A stretch of DNA of 22,493 bases from Priapulus caudatus (Eukaryota). The stretch is taken from the NCBI RefSeq assembly GCF_000485595.1, contig NW_014577073.1, forward strand, positions 363,111-385,603, written 5' to 3'. Of the stretch, positions 1 through 10,781 are shown piece after piece (the stretch's first letter is position 1; each line of letters opens with the position of its first letter). The notes under the pieces were generated by a model. That model saw nothing but the letters and a program-made list of their open reading frames with translations, was not told where the DNA came from and did not search any database. The translations under genes were made by a program, and so were the position numbers.

Positions 1-274
1 CCTGACGAAATTCTCGCGTTCGCTCCTGTTGCGCAGTTTATGTAAATGGCTGCAAGTACTGGGCTATAGGCGGCGCACTGCATTTTGGGAAACTACCACT
101 CTGCTTTCCAACTCCCGTGTGAGCCTCGTCAAAGCCGCCAGTGGAGCGTTGCAAAAATGCTGCAGCGTTGCAGCGCAAAAATGAGGTCACGAAGAGCGCC
201 GGTGGGTGTTTTCTGATTCCGACAGACATTTACATAAACTGCGCAATGGGAGCGAACGCGAGAATTTCATCAGG
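1..274. mobile_element. MITE-like element with ~52-bp terminal inverted repeats (left end may lie just outside the window)
   Basis: 1-52 (cctgacgaaattctcgcgttcgctcctgttgcgcagtttatgtaaatggctg) is the reverse complement of 223-274 with 4 mismatches; no recognisable protein is encoded between them. Confidence 0.75.
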
Positions 275-1892
275 CTTTGTGTGATTTCGCGTGACACAGC
301 TCGGTTAGGAACACAGACAGTATGTTTTTATAACAAGTGAACACTGTTCTTTAAATAGAAACAAAGATGGAGTAGAATGGTTGAATATTTGTGTTGTATT
401 TGTATGAAATCAAGCGAGTGTCGAGCGAATTTTGGCAGCACGCTTTCCTACCTGCTATATATTTATGTGTCAGTGTGCAGCAGCTAGCGTGCGGTGTACT
501 TGTGTGTTGCAGATGAGCATTTACAGGAAATTGTCGGCAATAATAGGTGAAAGAGAGTAGAGAAACATTAAGACTTTGGTAGTAAATAGATTTTGTATTT
601 ATTTAGTATTATATTTTATTGAAACGCTCCAAGTGCCTGTGGCCGCGGACACAAGGTTTACACGAGAGACTGTCATAACTTACGAGGATAACGCTGTGAC
701 GGTGTGCTGTCTGAAAGGATGTGCTGGCTATCGTGGTGTTCGTAGCAAAGTAGGCAGATATGTAGCGAATGAGTCTGCAAGATGTCTAATTCTTCTGCTT
801 TCTACCCGAGCAAGAGATTTTATACCCAATCTAGAGATCCCGTCTACCTATTGTTTATCGTCAACCCCGCTGGAGCGCAACCGCCTGTAATTGGTTATCG
901 CTTTGAAATGGCTAGTCACATGGTGACGATTACACAGCTGGGCATGTACCCAAAATAGAACAATAGAATAGTTGTGGTTCTACCCTTTTCCCCAGCTAAT
1001 TGCTTACTGTGTAATTCGGCGGTGTTACACAATGGTACAAACTGAAACTGTTGCAAGTACAAATAAAAACTTCAAATCCCCTACTCCTAATAGTACTTAC
1101 AAGTGTAATGCCTGCCATATATTGATTTTGTATTCATGACACTAATGTTATTGAATTAGCGATTTGGATATTACTCCGATACTACTAAAATCTTAAAGCG
1201 AGGATTTCTCAGACTCATGTTTTTACTAACCATTTTCAGAATCACATTTTTTCAACCGTTTTGATACTTACCAGTACTCCTTGCATAACATCAAATGCAT
1301 ATGATATAGTTAGGCTAACATGTCATAGAACAACATTCTTTCCACCATTGCCATTGGCACCAATAATGTGCACTGATCTATATTTAAAATGAGATTGTTT
1401 ACATATATATGTCAACAAACCTAGCATGTTAGTTTTGCTCTCGCGAGACCGAAACGCTGTCTCTACACTAGGTTAATTACCTTTGTATACATTTCTAGAT
1501 ATGTACTACACTGTACTAGTCTATAATTTATAAATAATTGCGTCACATAACTGCATGCACTTGTTTTGTGGGATAGTTTGAACATTCCATTATCGCGAAT
1601 CTGAACAGAAGGTAGTGAGCTTGCTGTTCATTTATTGTTTTATAGCCTATAACAGCAGGAACTTGTAATAATTTTTATGCTGATGTAATCAGTAATATGT
1701 ACAGTGACAGATGAGTCTAAATTTCTCTCCATTTATTAAATTCTCGATTTCCTTGTGAGATGATCGTTTTAATACACCACGGTAGCCACTTTCACGGTAT
1801 TACTAGATTTATAACTATAGTTTATTATCTGGTATTGGGTTTTGGTTTAAAATTTTTGTGCAAACAGACTAAACACTGTGGATGTCTTACAG

Positions 1893-1953
1893 GTATTGAA
1901 GAGGCTAAAGCAAAGGGAGCATCTTACAGATTGGGTCCAGAACTAGAAATACC
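1893..1953 (+). CDS. NADSYN1: NADSYN1 coding exon ([20 protein letters not shown]; catalytic Glu)
   Basis: cttacag| acceptor, |gtaagt donor; matches the conserved YRLGPELEI motif. Confidence 0.95.
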
Positions 1954-4900
1954 GTAAGTTGGTTACAAGACCACAGAGAGAGCTTGGTTGTCTAGTAATT
2001 AGCATGCCGGGCACCTTTAGCTATGAAGGCTTGAGTTCCGACCCCGACCAAGCCAGTGAATTTTCTCGAGGTGTAAAACTTGTAATCAACACTGCTTGGA
2101 CTAAATCTCATCTCTGCTGGGATGACCATGTAAAATGGTGGGCTCGTCTCCAGTAATTGGGACGTAAAAGAACCCCTGAGAATGTAAACCACTCTGGCAG
2201 TGACCGCTACCAGCCCCCACAGAGGTCGACCTGGTGAGTGCTTTGAGGCTCATTAGTAAATTTGGTAAATCGCGATTCACCAATGTATCGGTGAATCGTT
2301 ACAGCCGTACCTTTATGCAGGACTTGTCTTGCTGGGCAAATCTTATCACTCATAATCTAACAGCATCAGGGTGCATATATTATTAACCTGTTAGTTAACT
2401 CCATAAATATTCTAATTGCAGTGGCTATGGATGTGCTGACCATTTTATGGAAAGTGATACCATGCTCCATTCCTTTGAAGTGCTGGCAGAGTTGCTTTCA
2501 CATCCAGCATGTCAAGACATAATCATCGACACCGGAATGTATGTGCATTGAGCGTTTTCGGAAGAGTTAGACGGGCCATGAAATTCATGTTTTTGACACC
2601 AGCATTGAGGGTGCTGGTAACCACAAATTTTTGTCAGCCCTTGGCAAAGTTTGCATACGCTATATATTCTGTGTTTCTGTTTGTACAGCTACTGTATGCA
2701 CCTCCGTGTCACTTCTAATGTATCTTGACATGATAGAAGGTCGTGTGTGTGTATGTGTGTATGTGTGTATGTGTGTGTTGGAAGTATTTCCCTCTTCCAC
2801 CGTGTTTAGCCAAGTTAAAGGTTGCAATACAGTAAAAACTCGCGTATAAGAACCTGTATTTTTCCAGGTTAGCCTAAAAAGGTTCTTATATAATTGGTGT
2901 TAACTGGGAAATTAGGCTATTTAGGTTCTTAAATAGGTTCTTATTTTCTTAAGAAAAAAAAGGTGCTTGTGGCTGGTAGAATATTGGTGCGGGCCATTGT
3001 TTATACAAAATAATCATATAATTATAGTGACTGCAATCTAGACAAATACAAACCCTATTCTACGTTCTTATTTCTTTTTATGCCCTTTATACATAATAGA
3101 GGTATATAGACCACCAAGAACTTGTTTTAGTTAATTTATGAGTTTTAAAGTGTTAACTGTATTTTATCAAATAAGAACCTGTTTCAAGTTTTAGGCTACA
3201 ACAGGTTCTTATGTCAAGGGGGTCTAAATGGAAAATCTTAGCCTAACAGGTTCTTAATCACTAGGTTCTTATACGTGGGTTTTTACTGTACTCAGCTTTC
3301 TGTTTTATCTTGACCTAAATGTACACTCTTATCATATTAGTTTTATGCCAATTATCATACGTTACGATTTCTTTTATCTTTTCTCTCGTAGGCCAATAAT
3401 GCACAAGAGTGTTGTCTACAACTGCAGGGTGATATTTCTGAACAAGTAAGTGATGTGAGAATAAATGAAATTTCGATGGCGCAGTGTTTTATCGTTGGGC
3501 TGTCATAATACCAGGAGTCTATCAATATAACTAGATATCATATAATATAACTAGATATCTACATCCATAAACAACCCCAAAGATTATTGTAGTGCTGTGG
3601 CTATTGTTCATGGTTTTGAAACGTTTGTCATATGATGTGAAATTGTAATAATAAGCTACATCCAGTAAGGATTTTAATTGTTTAAAAAAAAGATCTATTA
3701 TTTATGTTATCATCGTCACCACAAGGAAACATGCATCTATGTTTTGTCATTTTTTTCTGATTAGTCAGCTTTACTATATCTGACCTATGTGTTTGCTGTT
3801 TCATGTTGCATAGAAAAATCCTGCTGATCAGGCCAAAGAAGTGTATGTGTGATGATTACAACTACAGGGAGTCCCGGTGGTTCACTGCCTGGCAAAAAGA
3901 CAGGACTGTGGAGGAATATTACCTACCCAGAATGATTTCCGTTATTACTAATCAGGTATTCAATATATATGAATATATGAAATAATTGTATGTTATTACT
4001 GCCACAGTACTATAATAATTTCAGAACGTACCCGCTAGAGGTGTAACGATACACTAGGCTCACAATATGATACATATCTCGAAATGTAGGTCATGATACG
4101 ATGCGTATCGCGATACACAAACATAAAGAGTCAGTCAACATAAATGTTGAACAGAAACCCAATGTCAATGAAAATTACATCATAACTAGCGCTGTGCATC
4201 CAACTTGCCCCCACACTTTACTTTGTATCGATACCTCTTCTTATTATGTAGTTATTGTTTCGAACGTCAGACATGCTATTAGTCATTTATGGATGGAAAT
4301 GTTGAATTTCTTGTGTTTCGAGAGTTTCATACTCCTCTATGGGACAAAATATGAGTTATTATTTTTGTTTAAATTATTTATTATGTTTTGGATTTTGTCA
4401 GTTAGATCATGTTTCTCATTCTCTCCCTCTCTCTCCTTTTCTCTCTGTCTCCCCCTCTCTCCCCCTCTCTCCTTCCCCCTCTCTGTCTCTCCCTCTCCCT
4501 TTCTATCTATGTGGGTGTGTGTGTGTCTGTATGCATGCATGCATGTATATATGTTTGCCGGTCTGTCTGGCTGTCTTGTTCTCTGTCTATCTCTCATTCT
4601 CTTGCTTTCTCTGTTATTAGAAAACGGTAAGCTTTGGAGATGGTGTAATATCCACTGTGGACACTTGCATTGGGGCCGAGATTTGTGAAGAACTTTGGAA
4701 TGCTAACAGGTTTGCATTTTATCTTTATTATATAATTTTTACAATGTTTTAATTATAATAATTCCATAACCTTCCAAAATTCCCAAACATTAACTCCACT
4801 TAATTTTGTCTGTAATATCCTCACATATCCTTAACTGCTAAATGTAGTATATTCATATATTATATGTTATGTTAATAATACAGCCATGAGTTTTTGGCTC

Positions 4901-7900
4901 ATCTGACATAGTCAGATGCAGCTTGTAGAATCGATGCAGCTTGTCGCTGTGCCGTGCGTGCGTCTGTCCCGTGCGTCAACATGGGGCCCAAATCTTAACC
5001 GCCTTGACGTTCGCGGTCACGACTTTTGGACGCGGCGGGGAGCGGGATTGTCAACGCGTGTAGGATGTCGAAGCTGAGGGCGTCAAGGTCAAAGGTCAAG
5101 AGGGATGTAAGAAGGGGAAATTCCCTCCTTAATTAGCGTATAGGGAGGATGCAGAATTGCGCCGCACAATCTAAACGGCCGACTAGTGTCGTGATAGTCG
5201 TGTCAGCCTCATGGGTAGGAAATAAGTCATCACTGCGCCGAAATTGGAGGTCAAGGTAAAGGTCAATGGCGGACAGGGCAGATTTAGACATTTTCTGACA
5301 GCACATGCGTCCTGGCTGGCAGCGATTGAAACACTTTTTTGGGTTTCAGTGCGTGACTAGCATTTTTATGCTTTATGAAAGGACATGCATGTCATTTCTA
5401 TGCTGAATTGCGTTAAGAGTGAGTGTCGGATAACGGTTTTGACCCTTAAGGGCGGTTAACATGGATTCTTTATGTTAGAAAGAATTTGACTGCCGCGGTT
5501 TGCTAGTAGAATCATATACATGCCTGGATGTATTGAGGCTACAATGTCACAGTCGAAATTTCAAAGCTTAAATTTGTGTTGGAGAGGTTTATGGTCCTTA
5601 AATCTATTAGATTTCTATGGCATTCTGTACTGTCAGTGTGTTAATGTCCGTATGCATGCCAGTTGGCCACTCCAGTGCCAGTGCATGTGGTGGTTACTTG
5701 TGTGTTTATGCCCTGGGTTTATTGTTACAGGTGCAGCGTCTATTTTCAGCCTGTAGGGTTGGATAGGTGAATGGCGATGTGTGCCTTACCTTTCTGTCTT
5801 GAATAGTTGGTATACTCGTACGATGGGGCTTCATCTTTATCTGAAGCAATGTAAGCTGTCTACGGTCAGGATTCTGATTTTGTTGAAACCTTATTTTTGT
5901 AATTTTTTTACATCAAAGTTGAGTCTAACGTTATAAAATATCTCTAAAGCTCTCACGTGTTTAAGTTTTTCGTTGGTTAATTTGCCAAAATCTTGACGAT
6001 GTGAATTAGTGTTATCCTAACACTATTTTACCCAATCACTGGCGTCACGTCGGGTTTGCTGCCTGGTGCTGTGGTCGGATGTCATCGTGATTTGTGTATG
6101 GTGCACAAAGTCGTGCCACAGATTCTGTTTTGATTTCGCTGTTGGCCTATTAGAATATACAATATAGGAAAATAATATAGTATGTTTATGTTATATATGT
6201 TTGGAAATTATTATTAACTGCGATGCTTATTGTGTTTTTTCTAATTTTCTGCAACAAAATGTTTGTGACTTCCTTCAGGATCGATCAGAAGCCTAGATAG
6301 ACTAACGATAACAATGGTGTGGGCCAGACAGTGCCATCGGAAAGAAACGACAAAGAGTAAAAGAGAAGAGCTTTACTGAGAAACTCCCGCTTTCGTTTAC
6401 AGGATTTTCATGGCTCCATATTTTGCATGCCTCGATTTACCCGCAATGTTCGCTATATGGCTAGCTGCGTACTGGGCGCCACACAATATTTTGCGCATCT
6501 GGCGTTGTTGTGAATGACGTTTTTTGGTTACTCGATGCCACGCGCCAATTCGGGTTAAAGAGCGATATTGAGCATGAAAATAAATAGAACGCTATTGTTA
6601 TTTTCTACATTTTCTTTTGGTACAAATAACACACAAAATACTATCTTGCTGATTGCTCCAATTCGTGACGCTAATACGTGTAAACTGTACGCGCCATCTC
6701 ATGGCACTTTCATACGATCCAACGATACCCCGCCCCACAACCCAGTTCCTCGGAAGGTTCCTGGATACCATCCCTGTGCCTTCCCTGTTTTGGAGTGTTG
6801 TGAACACATTTGGGACTAACAGGGTTTACTAGAATCCCACCACTCCACCACAGAGTCACCGCAGTAGACGTTAGATGAGTGCTGTCGCTCCGCGGCACTT
6901 GTTTTATACTTACCTATCTTTACTTGTTTACTAGTTCATCTGAAGGCATGTTGACAACGTTTTGTACTTATTTTAGCTCGCATGTGCATCAGGGTTTAGA
7001 TGGAGTGGAAATTTTTACAAATTCAAGTGGCAGTTACCATGAGCTACGAAAATCATATGTCACTGTTGATCTTGTCAAGGCAGCAACATATAAGGTGATA
7101 TATATAGTGAGCTGTAGTTCTATGGGTAGGTCTATATTTTAGGCCATTGTGTTATATTTGCAATCCATTCGTTTACTGACATGTATTTACATCAAAAATG
7201 ATGAATGTGTAAAATATAGAATTTGATTAATTACATCATTAGATTGACTGAAAAAAATCGCAAACAGTGACTTCACTACTGTACCAAGGCTTGGTCTGGA
7301 TATGTGCTTTTTGTGTGCAACTGCTGCAGAGTGGGGGTATCTACATGTTTTCCAATCTGCGTGGTTGTGATGGCGACAGAGTTTACTACAACGGCAATGC
7401 GTGCATAGCAATCAATGGCTTCATCGTGGCGCAGGGAGACGAATTCTCGCTGGCTGAAGTGGTGAGTGCGCATAGTGTAGCCGACGCGTCGTTTCGCATT
7501 CTAGCATGGGAAAAAAAGAATGCTATGTGATTGCATGCGACTATGCAGCTCTTCCTCCCTAAAATATTATTTGCCTTTATATTATTGGTGTACGAAGCAA
7601 TTTATTTAGCTATCAGTCAATAGAGCTAGATGGAAAACATGGCTGTGACAACAGGGCCGTGACAACAGGCTGCAACAACAGGGCTGTGACAACAGGGCTG
7701 TGACAACAGGGCTGTGACAACAGGCTGCAACAACAGGGCTGTGACAACAGGGCTGTGACAACAGGGCTGTGACAACAGGCTGCAACAACAGGGCTGTGAC
7801 AACAGGGCTGTGACAACAGGCCGCGACAACAGGGCTGTGACAACAGGGCCGTGACAACAGGCCGCGACAACAGGACTGACAGCAGGACTGTGAGGACACG

Positions 7901-10729
7901 GCTGTGACAACAGGACTGACAGCAGGACTGTGAGGACACGGCTGTGACAACAGGACTGACAGCAGGACTGTGAGGACACGGCTGTGACAACAGGACTGAC
8001 CGCAGGGCTGTGAGGACACGGCTGTGACAACAGGGCCGTGACAACAGGGTTGTGACAACAGAGCTGTGACTACAGGGTTGTGACAACAGGGCTGGGACAA
8101 CAGGACCGTGACAACAGGCCGCGACAACAGGACCGTGACAACAGGACTAACAACAGGACTGTGACAACAGAGCCGTGACAACATGACTGACAACAGGGCC
8201 ATGACAACAGGACTGTGACAACAGGGCCGTGACAACAGTACTAACAATAGGACTGTGACAACAGGGCCATGACAACAGGACCGTGACAACAAGGCCGTGA
8301 TAACAGAACCGTGACAACAGGGCGGTGACAACAGGGCGGTGACACTGTCACTAATCACAGCCCTTGACAATGCCACAAACAACAACAGCAATGCAACAAC
8401 AATGCAGCTGTGACAGTATCACTTAATGACAGGGTCGTGCTAATGTCACTAGTGCACTGTGCACATTGTAGGAGGTTGTCACGGCAACGCTTGACTTGGA
8501 GGATGTCAGATCGTATAGGCATGCGATCCGTAGTTGGTGTGCGACTGCCGCTAACTCTGCTCCATATCCAAGGATGCAGGTGGGCTGGTTATTACCTTAT
8601 GAAATATTATTAGCACTTGCAATGTAATGCTCGTAGCGGTGTTTCCAATGTATGTGTTTTCGTGTGTTTTCAAGTCTGCTATGAAACTGAACGAGCTGCA
8701 TTATGTTTCTATATTTACCGACATTCTTCTGCATGATATTTACATTTTGTTGCATCGAAAACACGTAAAAAGTGATTTAGTGTATGTAAACATCACTTTC
8801 CTCCCGTAATGCTGTTCTATTCTTTCAGGCCAATTTTGCTCTATCGGGTGAGACTGATCTCTTCATGCCAACGTATGAGCCAATTCAATGGGTTTATCAC
8901 ACACCAGAAGAAGAAATTGCGTAAGAATATATTTTAGTATGTTACAGGTGCCTTCATGTAACCAATGCCATTAATTTGTTGCAGAGCACTGTAAAACCCA
9001 CATAAATAATCATTTGTACTATAAGAGAAATTTTAATAACGCGTAGCATGCCTATACTACGTGAAAAAGGCCCAAACTCGAACATTTTATTTTGCCATAG
9101 TTATGGTTAATGGGAGTAAGATAATTGAATTTATGTAAGTAACAGATAATGAAATGCTTCTCACTTTCAGTAAGAAAGTGAGAAGTCATAAATAAAAAAA
9201 CGCATCTTGTGACATTTGTCTCAGTAGTTCTACTTGCTATGCAATAATGTATGCGACTGTCATTCATGTACAGGCAGGTGTATGTGCACAACGTTAAAAC
9301 GATTGACTTTTGCTAGATGTTATCTTTAACAGCAGCATTTAAGTGTGAAGCGTTTAATGCTGCTAATCTGCTGCGGTTGATAATTAGTTAATTCGTAGAT
9401 ATGATTCCTAGCTGAATTTGTGATTTATTGCTATATGGGGGAGTGTTTCGTGGCCCAACCTACGTGCTGAATTGCTTGCTGCCTGCTACTCATTCTGATT
9501 TTGGGTCACCCTGATGCGTGACTGTATCTATATACGGTCCTTTGTGTACACTTATCTACAGTCATGTCATACATGACTATTTCTTGGGGCTAGCCTTGGG
9601 CTGGAAGCAGACCATACAGATATGTCATTGTAGGGTAGAAGGAAATACACGGTACCTGACAGTGCCCTATTCAGGAGAGTGAAAGGGCGTGACACAGCAG
9701 GGCACATATATAGAAGTTACTAAAAGCCCTTTGTGAAATTTCAATGGTACCGTACCATGCGGGGGAGAGCCGTCATGCATGTGTCACATGTGTGCTACAT
9801 GACTATGGGATTTTATTATAAAGTATTTGGATTGCATTCTGAGTAAAATCTATTTATGATAGACACACAATCTACCTCTATTTGTGGAGGAAACTTACAT
9901 TGTTATCGAATCGTGAAAATTACATAAACACGTATATAGGATGGCAGATGAACTAAAAACCGTTTTATGTACATAAACGTTTGTTCAGTTCATCTATCCA
10001 TCTATCTATCTGTCCATACATCCATCTATTTGTTTATCCATCTATTCATCTGTCCATTTGTCCGTCCATCTGTCTGTCCATGCATCTGTCTATCCCACTA
10101 TTTATCTATCTGTGTATATATCTTTCCTCCCATCCATCCATTATTCCTTCCATTCATACATATAACATGTAAAAAGTAGGTATGTTTTAATATCGCAAAG
10201 TATGTTTGTAATTCTTATCGAGCTTAAACCTACTTATAATATACCTTATAATGTAATACATGATATGACATCTTGTGTACATTCATTGACTTGAATTGAT
10301 CATCGAGAGACTTGCATGGATGGATAGACAAAAGTGTGGGTGGATGGATGAGTGGATAGCAGATTGGTGCATATACACATACATAAATCTGTTTATCAGT
10401 TTGTGATTCATCCATGTGTAAATATATATATATAGATATATACATGTATGTAATAGTGATGTTAATGTGTATAGGGGGTGCTTTGTTTCAGCATGGGCCC
10501 TGCATGCTGGTTGTGGGATTACCTCCGTCGTAGTGGCATGGCAGGCTTCTTTCTACCTCTGAGCGGCGGTGTTGACAGTGGCAGCTGTGCGTGCATCGTC
10601 GCCTCCATGTGCAAGCTGGTGTGCGAGGCGGTCAGCCGTGGAGGTATGAGGCGCATCTCCCACTGCACAGAATCTACGATCTTGAATAGTGACGAACAAT
10701 TGACTTTTCGTCGGTATTGTGTACTATAC

Positions 10730-10781
<52 letters not shown>

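Noticed and set aside
513..546. Exon-like segment (ttgcag|ATGAGC...AATAG|gtgaaa) as the NADSYN1 first exon
   Set aside because: Its translation shows no similarity to the conserved N-terminus (V.vAtc.LNQWAlDF.GN), and I found no such motif in 1-1892; the first exon is probably upstream.
4101..4688. 195-aa ORF and overlapping ORFs
   Set aside because: They run through CT/GT microsatellites; the true exon 4621-4709 is in a different frame from the 195-aa ORF.
7641..8345. Possible CRISPR array
   Set aside because: Head-to-tail short repeats without unique spacers, no cas genes, and a spliceosomal-intron context.
7606..8391. Cys-rich minus-strand ORFs (261, 157, 134 aa) resembling keratin-associated or metallothionein-like proteins
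   Set aside because: All three frames are open because the tandem unit lacks stop codons; the 14-bp unit is not a multiple of 3, and the region is a NADSYN1 intron.
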